Assembly: GCA_963796255.1 (NCBI GenBank)
Contig: CAWCLE010000010.1
Location: 125,765 to 189,764 of the forward strand
Reading direction: 5' to 3'
Length of the DNA stretch: 64,000 nt
DNA from: an uncultured delta proteobacterium
GTDB taxonomy: Bacteria; Desulfobacterota; Desulfobulbia; Desulfobulbales; Desulfocapsaceae
A program made the position numbers and the translations under genes. The number at the start of each line of letters is the position of its first letter. Position 1 is the stretch's first letter. This document shows, piece after piece, positions 9,095-18,863 of this stretch. Below the pieces are notes generated by a model. The model worked only from the letters and a program-made list of their open reading frames with translations. It was not told the origin of the DNA and did no database searches.

Positions 9095-10144
9095 ATGAAA
9101 ACATTTTTTTCCCGTACCGCATTCGTACTGGCATGTGGGCTTGTCTGCGTCCCGCTGGCGGCAACAGCCAATGATGTAACGACCATGGCCGACGGTGCCG
9201 TTGTCGTCAATGTCGACAATTTCAACAAGGCGCAAACCGATCGCGAGTTTGCCGGCACCCTGAAGATGTCCGGCGGCATCAACAAGCTGGTCAACAACCG
9301 CGCACCAACCCCGATCGACAAGCAGAATGTCATCCGTATGAACCGCGATACGCTTTACAGCATGGCTGTGGTCGATATTTCCAAAGGCGCGACCGTCACC
9401 CTGCCGGATTCCGGCAAGCGCTACATGTCATTGATGGTCGTCAACAATGACGGCTACATCAACAAGGTGTTTTACGGCGGCGGTACTTACCAGCTGACAA
9501 CGGACCAGTTCGATACGCCGTTTGTCTTCGTGGCCGTTCGCACACTCGCCAACTCCGAAGATCAGGCGGATCTGGCTGCAGCCCACAAGCTCCAGGACCA
9601 GATCAAGATCGAAGCCGGCTCCGCACAAGCGTTTGTCATGCCGCACTATGACGAGGCCAGCTACAAGGCAACGCTCGAGCCCATTCTCGCCCTGGCCAAG
9701 GGCCTGAAGCGGTATACCCACACTTTCGGCTCCAAAGCCGAGGTTAATCCAGTTCACTTTATGATCGGCAGCGCTTCCGCCTGGGGCGGTCTGCCGGACA
9801 ACGACGCTCAGTATTACAACATTCAGCCCAACCTGCCGGTCGGCAAGTACGAACTGACGGTCAAGGATGTTCCGGTCAAGGGTTTTTGGTCGATCAGCCT
9901 GTACAACGAGAAAGGCTATTTCCAGGAAAATGACCTGCACGCATACAACCTGAACAATCTGATCGCAAAGCCAAACAGCGATGGATCGTACACAGTGCGA
10001 TTTGGCGGCTGCACTGCCACCACGGAAAACTGCCTGCCGATCATGGACGGCTGGAACTACAGCGTGCGCATGTATGAGCCGAGCAAGGCGATCGTTGACG
10101 GGAGCTGGGTATTTCCTGGCCCACCGACGCCACGCAAGGATTGA
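9095..10144 (+). CDS. Secreted shorter DUF1254/DUF1214-related protein, paralogue 4
   Basis: 349 aa with a signal peptide (VCVPLAATA). Motifs include RMNRDTLYSMAVVD, GFWSISLYN and YSVRMYEP. Confidence 0.7.
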   Translation: MKTFFSRTAFVLACGLVCVPLAATANDVTTMADGAVVVNVDNFNKAQTDREFAGTLKMSGGINKLVNNRAPTPIDKQNVIRMNRDTLYSMAVVDISKGATVTLPDSGKRYMSLMVVNNDGYINKVFYGGGTYQLTTDQFDTPFVFVAVRTLANSEDQADLAAAHKLQDQIKIEAGSAQAFVMPHYDEASYKATLEPILALAKGLKRYTHTFGSKAEVNPVHFMIGSASAWGGLPDNDAQYYNIQPNLPVGKYELTVKDVPVKGFWSISLYNEKGYFQENDLHAYNLNNLIAKPNSDGSYTVRFGGCTATTENCLPIMDGWNYSVRMYEPSKAIVDGSWVFPGPPTPRKD

Positions 10145-10269
10145 TTGGCGCTCTGGATTGGCGATAAGAAAGCCAGGTTTTTCATCTTCCGTCTTATGGG
10201 GAGCAAGACGTCTGGACCCAAATAATAGCCAATGATTAAAGAGGGGCTAAAAGGGGAGCTAATGAAGCT

Positions 10270-11247
10270 ATGACTTTGCAAACCATGAGAAATCCAGGAC
10301 TGTTTCTGGGCTTGGCGGTTCTGTTTGTGGCCAATCCGGTTTTAGCCGACGAGGGCGGGGTTGCGTTCTGGTTCTCGGGCCAGTACGCGAGCCTCGCTGC
10401 TGTCCCGGCAACGCCGGGTTGGGTATTACCGCTACAGGGTTACTATTACAACGGCAGTGCTTCCAAGAGTAAGTCGTTCACCGGTGGCGACAGTGTGACG
10501 CTCGGTCTCGAATCGCGAGTGCCACTTCTCTTGGTTCAACCGTCCTATGCGCCAAAGACGAAGCTGTTCGGCGGTCAGGCGTTAATCGGGCTTGGGTTCG
10601 GCTATGGCGAGAACACGACTGAGGCCGATCTCTCGATTTCCTCACGCGGCACCGTGGTTGATAGAAGCGACTCAACGACCGGATTTACTGATCTGTATCC
10701 GGTCGCCAGTCTCGCATGGAATAAAGGCGTCCATAATTGGATGACGTACGTGACCGGCGACATACCGACAGGCGACTACGACTCAAAGCGGCTCGCCAAT
10801 ATCGGCATCGGCCATGCAGCAATCGACGCCGGCGCCGGCTACACCTATTTGAATGAGCAGAGCGGACTTGAGTTCTCCGGGGTCGCCGGGCTTACGTATA
10901 ACTGGGAGAATGATGACACCGACTATCAGAACGGCATCGACTCTCATATCGACTTGGGTGTCTCCCAGTTCCTGTCCGCACATTGGCAGGTGGGTATTGC
11001 CGGCTATGTCTACTATCAGCTCACCGGTGACAGCGGCACTGGCGCAAAGCTCGGTTCCTTCGAATCGGAGGTTGCTGCTGTCGGGCCGCAGGTCGGTTAC
11101 CTCTTTTCCATCAATGGCTTGCCGGCGTATGTTAACGTGCGTGGCTACAAGGAGTTCTCGGCCGAGAATCGGGTCGAAGGCTATTCGGTGTTCGCCACGC
11201 TGGCGATTCCGCTCGGTCCAAACAATAACAAAACCAAGACCAAATGA
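10270..11247 (+). CDS. Outer-membrane beta-barrel channel, MetA-pathway-of-phenol-degradation-like family (assigned from memory)
   Basis: 325 aa with a signal peptide ending VLADEG. It shows alternating amphipathic strands, the motif IGHAAIDAGAGYTYL, and aromatic-rich C-terminal strands. Confidence 0.6.
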   Translation: MTLQTMRNPGLFLGLAVLFVANPVLADEGGVAFWFSGQYASLAAVPATPGWVLPLQGYYYNGSASKSKSFTGGDSVTLGLESRVPLLLVQPSYAPKTKLFGGQALIGLGFGYGENTTEADLSISSRGTVVDRSDSTTGFTDLYPVASLAWNKGVHNWMTYVTGDIPTGDYDSKRLANIGIGHAAIDAGAGYTYLNEQSGLEFSGVAGLTYNWENDDTDYQNGIDSHIDLGVSQFLSAHWQVGIAGYVYYQLTGDSGTGAKLGSFESEVAAVGPQVGYLFSINGLPAYVNVRGYKEFSAENRVEGYSVFATLAIPLGPNNNKTKTK

Positions 11248-11536
11248 TTGATGCGCCCATGATCGCAGCAATGGCGACCGATTAAACTAATAAGCTGAAG
11301 CATAGGCATGCAGTATCAGCTGAGCGATAATTCTTCCTTTGGTGCAGCGTTTGAATATTTAACGAGTGAGGATGCAAGCGTATCCTCACCCGCTGTGCTA
11401 TCAACAATGTTCCACTGGGTTTATTCAAGGCGAAACAAAATGAGTTCTTCTTTGGGGACCATGTTGCGCCGTGACTTGTTCCGGCATCCGCGTATCACTC
11501 ATGCTGAGATGCTCAAGAAGAATTCGGCGGACCTCC

Positions 11537-12046
11537 TCAATGGTAAAAGGATTCTCTGAAACGGATATCGTAAGCGGAAGGTAAAGCCTCACGTCCTTCG
11601 CCAAGCAGAAAAAGATAGGCATAGACGGCCGATTGCAAAAAAGCATCCGGGGCAAGGCGATTGCTCTCCCAATTCGAACTTTCCCTCATCTTCGTACCAT
11701 AGAGATAGCTCACTTCTGCAATGGCAAAGAGAAGATCGCGACGATCGTCTCGAACAATGAGCTCATGGAGAATCTGGAGGGTCTTTGGCAAGCCGGCAGT
11801 AGATGTATTCTGGAGATTATACCGATGCAGTACGGCCATGGAACTGTTACTGAGTTCCTCCTCACTCATCGGGTTGACGATAATATCCTGATAGGATTCC
11901 TGTGGCGAGACACGAATGACACCCACTGGATTTGCACAACCTGAGAGCAGAACGAGAAAAAATAGGCCCATCACGGAAAAACCGAGCAAGCCGGAGCAGT
12001 AAAACGGCTTTTTCTTCTTTGGATATCTGATGGTAATTTTATTCAT
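11537..12046 (-). CDS. Lipoprotein of unknown function, possibly a truncated gene
   Basis: 169 aa with lipobox LLSGC. It overlaps the stop of the upstream DUF4105 gene by 4 nt. It ends abruptly next to the G+C-richer block. Confidence 0.5.
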   Translation of the reverse strand: MNKITIRYPKKKKPFYCSGLLGFSVMGLFFLVLLSGCANPVGVIRVSPQESYQDIIVNPMSEEELSNSSMAVLHRYNLQNTSTAGLPKTLQILHELIVRDDRRDLLFAIAEVSYLYGTKMRESSNWESNRLAPDAFLQSAVYAYLFLLGEGREALPSAYDIRFRESFYH

Positions 12047-13098
12047 TCGTTTATACCAGGGATTCCTTGACGAATAAGGAGCGAAAAATCCTGGTCCCGG
12101 GATATCCCCTGGGCTTTTGGGTTGATATAACTCAGTTGTTTCAGTTCGGCAAAGGGCAGGTTATCGACGACAAATCCTCGCTGATAGATCATTTCATCGA
12201 GATAGCCGTTGACGATAAGCCGCCAGTCAAATTTCGCATCGGGATTATAGGGTACGCTGTGCCGACGCATGCTGGTCGTGCAGTTGGCGGTCAGCGCGTT
12301 ATACCACTCCGGCGTGGTATTGAGCGAGTTGACCGAACGGAGATAATCGAGGAAAACCCTTCGCGCAATGGTCGGTGAGATCTGCAGGCGGTACAGGTAG
12401 ACATCTTCTTTGCGAAAGTTGGTCCGCAGCCGGACGACATCCCGCTCATCGGCGACAATATACATCTGCTCGTACTGGCGAAAAAAACCTTTGACAGTTG
12501 AATAATCTTCTCCCTTTTCCTTACGCGTTTCAATCGAGAAACATATATAACTGCCGTCGGCGAAACCAAAGCTTAACATGGTGTGGGCGATACTCGGCGA
12601 CCCCCAATAAACCAGAAAGAGATCCACGGTCTGCAGCGAAGCCAGCGATACGGTCTTGTCATAGTAACGGCAGGTAAAATCGGTTTCACTGCGGTAGTCG
12701 CAAAAGCGGATATTGCGCACAGTTATCGAATCGCCGTTAATCTGAGCCGAGGCGAGCACCGCCGCATCGGCTTGCCAGTCCCGGGTGTTGGAGGGAGGGA
12801 GCCGTAAAAACCAGCCGACAACCAGCAAAAAAAGCACCAAGAAAGCCATGAATCCGTAGCGACGAGGACGAATAACCAGCGGTAAGAGCAGTGACACCAG
12901 ACCAAAAGCGACGATTATCGGCATTCGGATGCTATTGTGCGGTAAGGTAAAAAAAAGCGTCAAGATGGCCCATAACAGCATGCCCGCGAAAAGAACAAAA
13001 AGTACTGTCCAGCCGACAATAGTGACTTTTGATCTTCGAGTCTTTGATCGTAATGTTAAATTTTTCATTTCAGGCAGCGTCCGACAAAGACGCATCAA
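12043..13098 (-). CDS. DUF4105 (Lnb-like N-terminal) domain membrane protein
   Basis: 351 aa. The N-terminus has TM helices. It is followed by HTMLSFGF and YSTVKGFFRQYEQMYIVADERDVVRLRTNFRKEDVYLYRL, a pattern typical of DUF4105. Confidence 0.7.
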   Translation of the reverse strand: MMRLCRTLPEMKNLTLRSKTRRSKVTIVGWTVLFVLFAGMLLWAILTLFFTLPHNSIRMPIIVAFGLVSLLLPLVIRPRRYGFMAFLVLFLLVVGWFLRLPPSNTRDWQADAAVLASAQINGDSITVRNIRFCDYRSETDFTCRYYDKTVSLASLQTVDLFLVYWGSPSIAHTMLSFGFADGSYICFSIETRKEKGEDYSTVKGFFRQYEQMYIVADERDVVRLRTNFRKEDVYLYRLQISPTIARRVFLDYLRSVNSLNTTPEWYNALTANCTTSMRRHSVPYNPDAKFDWRLIVNGYLDEMIYQRGFVVDNLPFAELKQLSYINPKAQGISRDQDFSLLIRQGIPGINE

Positions 13099-15566
13099 CT
13101 CGATGGGTTAGGGTTTTCTGCTGCGCTCTTTGTTTCTTTAGAAGAAGGTGAATTTCCCCACATGCGCTCGGCTGCAGCTTCATCCACCGAACGAAGATGC
13201 AGATCGGTCTGCGGAAAGGGTATTTCAATTTTATGGATGGAGAACTCATTTTCAATATCCTGGTTCAGATCACTTAAGACCTGCATCTTATCGAGAAATT
13301 CCGAAATCCACACCCGAAGCTCAAAATCCAGCGAACTGGCGCCAAAAGCCAGAAAAAACGCCTTCGGTTTGGGGGTACTGAGCACTACCGGATTGGCATT
13401 GGCGCACGCTTCCAGAATACTGATAATCTGCGCCACGTCGCTTCCATAGGCCACACCGACCGGGATTCTGATCCGTACCCTGCGTTCGGCCAGGGTCCAG
13501 TTAGTGACCTGGCCGGTGATCAGATCGGAATTCGGTACAACAATTTCGGCGTTATCAAAGGTCTGGATGATGGTAGCGCGCAAGCCGAGATTCTTGACCT
13601 CGCCGATTTCGGTACCGATCTGGATGGTATCGCCGACCTTGATCGGTCTTTCAAACAATAAAATCAATCCGCTGGCAAAATTATTGACAATGGCCTGCAG
13701 ACCAAAACCAATACCGACACCTAGTGCGCCGCCGAGTAGAGCGAGTTGGTTGAGCTGAAAACCCAGCACCCGGAGCATGATCACAAAGCTGATCGTCAAA
13801 ATGGCATAATGGGCCAGTCGAGTGATCGACAGCTGAACTCCTTTTTCCGCGCCATATCTCGGCAATACCTTGTTTAACAGAATGGTCTGGATGGCTTTTG
13901 AGGTAAGCAGAGCGGCATAAATGACAAAGATGACCGTAAATAGAAATCGAGGGGAAATATGTAGATCGGAAAAAATAAAACCCAGGTTAAAAATACCGGC
14001 AAGGGCCTCATTGAGGTTGGGGAAATAATCCCAGATAACCGCCTGGACGGCAATCAACAGTATTATCTGCATCCAGGCGACAATCGGCTGCAGGCTGTGC
14101 ACAATAATTTCCCGGTTTTCACTCAGCAGTGTAGAAGGTTGCACGGTGATAACCAGATCGATAACACCCAGAAAAAACAGGTAAAAAATCCACACAATAA
14201 GGCAGGCGGTGATAGCCGACAGCACTGTCGAAAAAAGAATCACCGCGAATTGATCGTACCCGGAAATACCCAATACTAAAATCACCGCCGGAAAAATGCC
14301 CAGCAACCGGGTGAGCCAGGCTTTGAAGTCGGTTCTGCCTCTGATACCGGCAAGTTGATAAAAATAATAGACCAGAGCCAGCACCGACACATAGAAAACA
14401 TAGAGCAGGATCAGCATCTGCGGCAAATTCAAAACGACCATAAACATCGCCACAGCCATAAAAATTATCAGCCGGATAAGCAACTGCCGCCGCCGCTTGT
14501 CTTCTATAAGGTCTTTGGTCAGGCGGGTTGCGGCCAGCATAGTCAGGATATGCAGCAACGCTTCCCACTGCGGAGGCAGATCGTATTTGACCGGCATCAT
14601 GGCCATTGACGTGTTGACGCTCGAAGCGATAAAAACGGTGGTAGCCAGTGGATTGACAGCGAAGGGATACCAGCGTGACGAGGCCGGAACGAGAGTTTTC
14701 GTGCGATATACGCCATAATATATCAGGCAAAAGGCAAACAGACTGAACAGGATGAATTTTCTGTTTTTCTGCAGACTTTTAAGCTGACTTACGACAAACT
14801 TCATGGTGTTTGCATAACTTTGCTTAAACAGTTCAAAGTTAATCCTCGTATAAAACGCACCGGAAAGTATCGAGGGTGAGGTCTGTTTGATGGAAATCGA
14901 GCGCAATCGCGCATCCATCGCCTGTAAATCGCCGTTCGTCGAATAAAGCAGAACCTGGAGATCGCCGATTACCTTCCCGACCGCCAACACTTTTTTAAGC
15001 CGATCGCCGATGAGCTGCAGCGCCTTGTCAATAGTTCCCAGCAGTTCTTTTTCCTGCTCTTTGGCCAGCGCCAGCGACAGGATCTCTTTCTTGTCAAAAT
15101 CCGATATCTGATCCTTCTTGGCCTGCCATATTTTTCTTTTGGCCGAAAGATTGGTCATGGCGGCAGTAATCGGCTCGCTGATGTTTTTCAGCCGCGTCGA
15201 AATTTTGTAATTCCTGGCTTGAAAGTCAGCTACCAGAGATGTCTGTAGCTCAGATGCCTTTTGCGCCTTGGTAATATCGGCGCGCAGTTTTTTTGCCTCC
15301 TCGGTGAGAGTAGTAACTTCTGTATCAATGGCAGCGATCTCATTCCCTTTGCTCAGAGCGTTTTGCAGGTCAATCAACTCCTTAGGCAGGATAGTTGCCC
15401 AGGAATAAATCTGGATAAGCGTCGGCTTTTGTTCTTGGGCCGGCGGGGCGGCGGTGGTGCCATCCTTGGGTTTTTCTTCGGCGAACAGGGAAAAAGGCAG
15501 GAGACTGAGACTTAAAAATACCAGCAACACCCTGAAAAAATAAGGAAATGTGCAATAAACCGGCAT
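13095..15566 (-). CDS. Large mechanosensitive channel, MscK/KefA-like MscS family
   Basis: 823 aa. It has a signal peptide, a long helical periplasmic region, many TM helices and an MscS core (GFGLQAIVNNFASGLILLFERPIKVGDTI; VVPNSDLITGQVTNWT). Confidence 0.85.
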   Translation of the reverse strand: MPVYCTFPYFFRVLLVFLSLSLLPFSLFAEEKPKDGTTAAPPAQEQKPTLIQIYSWATILPKELIDLQNALSKGNEIAAIDTEVTTLTEEAKKLRADITKAQKASELQTSLVADFQARNYKISTRLKNISEPITAAMTNLSAKRKIWQAKKDQISDFDKKEILSLALAKEQEKELLGTIDKALQLIGDRLKKVLAVGKVIGDLQVLLYSTNGDLQAMDARLRSISIKQTSPSILSGAFYTRINFELFKQSYANTMKFVVSQLKSLQKNRKFILFSLFAFCLIYYGVYRTKTLVPASSRWYPFAVNPLATTVFIASSVNTSMAMMPVKYDLPPQWEALLHILTMLAATRLTKDLIEDKRRRQLLIRLIIFMAVAMFMVVLNLPQMLILLYVFYVSVLALVYYFYQLAGIRGRTDFKAWLTRLLGIFPAVILVLGISGYDQFAVILFSTVLSAITACLIVWIFYLFFLGVIDLVITVQPSTLLSENREIIVHSLQPIVAWMQIILLIAVQAVIWDYFPNLNEALAGIFNLGFIFSDLHISPRFLFTVIFVIYAALLTSKAIQTILLNKVLPRYGAEKGVQLSITRLAHYAILTISFVIMLRVLGFQLNQLALLGGALGVGIGFGLQAIVNNFASGLILLFERPIKVGDTIQIGTEIGEVKNLGLRATIIQTFDNAEIVVPNSDLITGQVTNWTLAERRVRIRIPVGVAYGSDVAQIISILEACANANPVVLSTPKPKAFFLAFGASSLDFELRVWISEFLDKMQVLSDLNQDIENEFSIHKIEIPFPQTDLHLRSVDEAAAERMWGNSPSSKETKSAAENPNPSS

Positions 15567-15605
15567 ATAACAAAAGATCCTAGAAAAAAGATGATATGGT
15601 AATCA

Positions 15606-17318
15606 ATGGGTATGCAATATGTAAGAGCCCACTATCCTAGCTTACTTTCCGGCAACTTGACAACCTTTTCCATCGACTCTATGATGGCAGATCATTTTTC
15701 TGCCGCTAATCAAATTGTAAGAGGTTTTATTGCTCCCTCTTCTCATTCTGGTATAATACGCTCCATGAAGACCAACTGGAACTATAAACATATCATTGAC
15801 CTGGAATACTTCCGGCATCAGGACACAGATATTGATGAGCTTACTCTACACCAGCGCGACAGAAATATTTTTCTCGACACCCATAAGCAACAGGAAATCA
15901 CCGGCAATGTGTCCAACAACCAGTTGATCAGAGCGTGGCTGCAAAAAAGAATCGCCGAGAATTTCCCCCCGCCTGAACAGAAAAGCCCGGGCACGCTTTT
16001 TGCCGACGCCTATTTTCTCATCAGGAGTCTGGCAATTATTTTTGGCATCTTGACTGGTTTGACGGCTGGGTTTTCATTTTTTACCTACACCGGCACCACC
16101 CCGGTCAACGTTTTTCATTTTCTGCTTCTTTTTGTGGTCTCGCAACTGGCCCTTGTCGGCCTGCTTCTCGGCACCCTGCTCCTTCACTTTTTGCTGCCCG
16201 GCTTAAAAATACCGTCTTTTTATTCTCTGCTTCTGCGCAAAATGATCGGCAGAATGATGGCCTTTTTCCATAAGCAGTGGCTACGCACGGCAACGCCGGA
16301 AAAAAGGGCCAGTGCCAACCACGCCTTAGGCATAATGGTGGCCCGCAGCACGGTCTACGGTTCGCTTTTCTACTGGCCGATTTTTGCGCTCAGCCAGCTT
16401 TTTGCCATCGGTTTCAATATCGGTCTACTCGCGGCAACCCTTATTAAAATCTCCACCAGCGATCTAGCATTCGGCTGGCAATCAACCATTCAGTTCAGTG
16501 CTGCGGCTATCCATAAATTTGTCATACTTGCCGCCATGCCATGGTCGTGGTTTGTTTCCCAGGCCACCAGTTATCCCAGTCTTGCCGAGATAGAGGGCAG
16601 CCGGATCATCCTCAAGGAAGGAATATACCATCTGACCACCGGTAACCTGATCGCCTGGTGGCCTTTTCTGGTCTTCTGCCTGCTCTTTTACGGTCTCTTG
16701 GTCCGGCTGATTCTTTTTCTGCTGGGTAAGTTGTTTGAGGCACGCTCCCTGCAAAGCCTTAAACTCGACACCCCGGACTACCTGGCCCTTATCAGGCGCA
16801 TGCAGACTCCTCTGGTAAGCTCGCAGGCAGCACCGGAGAAAAAGAGTGTGGCACCGGCAGGCAATCACCGGGGTCTGCCGCAGCCGGTACCTGCCCCTGC
16901 CCTCCATCTGGCACCACAGGTGGTGCTTATTCCAGATGAGATCTACTCTCTTTGCCCGCCGGAAAAACTTGCGCCACTGTTGCAGCAAAAAGGATTGACC
17001 ATAAAAGAATCGCACCGCTTTATGGTCAGCTACGACACTGACCAGCAGCTGCAAGAACTCCTCGCAGAACGTTCCTGGCATGCGGGCGAAGGAATCTTTA
17101 TTTTGATGGAAGGATGGATGGTGCCGTTGGTGGATTTTCTCACGTACCTCAAAGAACTGCGCACAATTCTCCCGGCAAAAAGCATCATCCATGTGGGATT
17201 GACGGGACGCCCCGAGGGGGCGGGATTATCCCCGACGACATCGTCCGACTTACGCATCTGGCGCCGGAAAATAGAGGCCCTCGGTGATCCCTATCTCACC
17301 CTCTTTTCGCTCATTTGA
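15606..17318 (+). CDS. DUF2868-like membrane protein, partner of the DUF3482 GTPase
   Basis: 570-aa ORF with central TM helices. The family call is from memory of the conserved DUF2868/DUF3482 gene pair. The true start may be an internal Met. Confidence 0.55.
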   Translation: MGMQYVRAHYPSLLSGNLTTFSIDSMMADHFSAANQIVRGFIAPSSHSGIIRSMKTNWNYKHIIDLEYFRHQDTDIDELTLHQRDRNIFLDTHKQQEITGNVSNNQLIRAWLQKRIAENFPPPEQKSPGTLFADAYFLIRSLAIIFGILTGLTAGFSFFTYTGTTPVNVFHFLLLFVVSQLALVGLLLGTLLLHFLLPGLKIPSFYSLLLRKMIGRMMAFFHKQWLRTATPEKRASANHALGIMVARSTVYGSLFYWPIFALSQLFAIGFNIGLLAATLIKISTSDLAFGWQSTIQFSAAAIHKFVILAAMPWSWFVSQATSYPSLAEIEGSRIILKEGIYHLTTGNLIAWWPFLVFCLLFYGLLVRLILFLLGKLFEARSLQSLKLDTPDYLALIRRMQTPLVSSQAAPEKKSVAPAGNHRGLPQPVPAPALHLAPQVVLIPDEIYSLCPPEKLAPLLQQKGLTIKESHRFMVSYDTDQQLQELLAERSWHAGEGIFILMEGWMVPLVDFLTYLKELRTILPAKSIIHVGLTGRPEGAGLSPTTSSDLRIWRRKIEALGDPYLTLFSLI

Positions 17319-17332
17319 GCACAGGAAAACCT

Positions 17333-18751
17333 ATGACACCGGAATTCGCCATCCTGGGCCACCCCAATGAAGGTAAATCTTCCGTCCTCTCCACCCTGGC
17401 TGAAGACGATTCGGTACGGGTCAGCTCGACTCCGGGCGAGACCATTGAATGCCGCACCTTCCCGGTGGTGATTGATGGCCGGGAAGTGCTCCGCTTCACC
17501 GACACCCCCGGCTTTCAAAATCCGGCCAGGGTTCTCAGTGAACTGAAAAAACGGACTCTCACCGACGAGAATCCGCTCACCACATTCAGGGCCTATGCCG
17601 CAACCATCCCGGAACTGCACGATGACTGCGAGCTGCTGGGCCCGGTGGAAAGAGGCGCAGGAATCATCTATGTGGTCGATGGTTCACGACCGGTCCGCAA
17701 TGTCGATCGAGCGGAGATGGAGATCCTGCGCCTAACCGGAAAGCCCCGGATGGCAATCATCAACTGCAAAGAAGACGGGGACAACTATCTCGAAGCCTGG
17801 AAAACCGAGTTCCGCAAGAACTTTAATTCCAACCGGGTGTTCAATGCCCACCGGGCCACTTATGCCGAACGGATTCTTCTTCTTACGGCCCTTGAATCAA
17901 TTGACCAGGACTGGCACGAGGCATTGTCCGAGGTGGTTGCTGCTTTCAAAAAAGACTGGGTGGCTCGTAACAGCGCCACGGCCGATACTATCCTGGGACT
18001 ATTGACCGACAGCCTGTCTCTGCAGTTGTCCGACAATATCGGTGCCGAAAAAGAGGCGGAGGAAGCTCGACGAAAACTGTTTATCTCCTACAGCGAGTCC
18101 ATCAGTCGGATGGAGCAGAAAGCCCATCAGCGCATCCGCAATCTTTATAAGCACAATATTTTCAATTATGACCTGCCGCCGCATTCGATCCTTAACAAAG
18201 ACCTGTTCGATGAGCAGACCTGGCAGCTCCTGGGTCTTACCCGGCAGCAGGTCATCATTGCCGGAGGACTTGGCGGAGCGGCCATCGGCGCCGGTCTGGA
18301 AATGGCCGCTTTCGGCCATGGCCTTGGCCTGTTCACTGCCGTCGGCACCCTGGCCGGGGCACTCGGCGCGATGTTTGGCGGCGAAAATCTTTCCGATAAG
18401 ATAAAGTTTTTGGGCCTGCCGCTAGGCGGCAAAAAAGTGCAGATCGGTCCGGCCAAATCCATCGATCTGCTTTTTATTCTGCTCAATCGTTCCCTGCTCT
18501 ATTATCAGCATACCATCAACTGGGCGCACGGCCGCAGGAACTCTAAAAAAGATCAGCCGTCGGAGATGCCACAGCCATACAATAAGTCACCCCAGGGGTT
18601 TACCCAGAACTGGTCGGCTGGAAATATCAAAATTTGTCATGATTTTTTCAAGGCAATCCGCAACGAGAAAGTTGCGCAAGGCCAAAAAACGGTCGAAAAA
18701 TTCCGCGAGCTTCTTCTGAAAACAATGCAGCAGATATCCGAGAGTGAGTAG
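17333..18751 (+). CDS. GTPase with a DUF3482-like membrane-associated C-terminus
   Basis: The preferred ATG is at 17333, after AGGAAA. Motifs are G1 GHPNEGKSS, G3 DTPGF and a G4-like INCKED, followed by a Gly-rich hydrophobic segment (IIAGGLGGAAIGAGLEMAAFG). Confidence 0.7.
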   Translation: MTPEFAILGHPNEGKSSVLSTLAEDDSVRVSSTPGETIECRTFPVVIDGREVLRFTDTPGFQNPARVLSELKKRTLTDENPLTTFRAYAATIPELHDDCELLGPVERGAGIIYVVDGSRPVRNVDRAEMEILRLTGKPRMAIINCKEDGDNYLEAWKTEFRKNFNSNRVFNAHRATYAERILLLTALESIDQDWHEALSEVVAAFKKDWVARNSATADTILGLLTDSLSLQLSDNIGAEKEAEEARRKLFISYSESISRMEQKAHQRIRNLYKHNIFNYDLPPHSILNKDLFDEQTWQLLGLTRQQVIIAGGLGGAAIGAGLEMAAFGHGLGLFTAVGTLAGALGAMFGGENLSDKIKFLGLPLGGKKVQIGPAKSIDLLFILLNRSLLYYQHTINWAHGRRNSKKDQPSEMPQPYNKSPQGFTQNWSAGNIKICHDFFKAIRNEKVAQGQKTVEKFRELLLKTMQQISESE

Positions 18752-18863
18752 AAGAAGAGTGCGCTGGTTTTTTGGGTCTGCTCCTAGTCAGGCTCCGGTT
18801 CCTGCATTAGTGTGTCACCAGCAGAGATTTCGGTTAAATAAAAAAAATGCCCATGGAGGAACA

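Noticed and set aside
4410-9333. Many long minus-strand ORFs inside the DUF1254/DUF1214 genes, for example 4724-5536, 5961-6515, 6555-7118, 7601-8134, 8219-9235 and 8887-9333.
   Set aside because: They lie antisense to ORFs that have clear family motifs and signal peptides. Their translations are Arg/Gly/His/Val-rich and low in complexity, as expected for open antisense frames in G+C-rich coding DNA.
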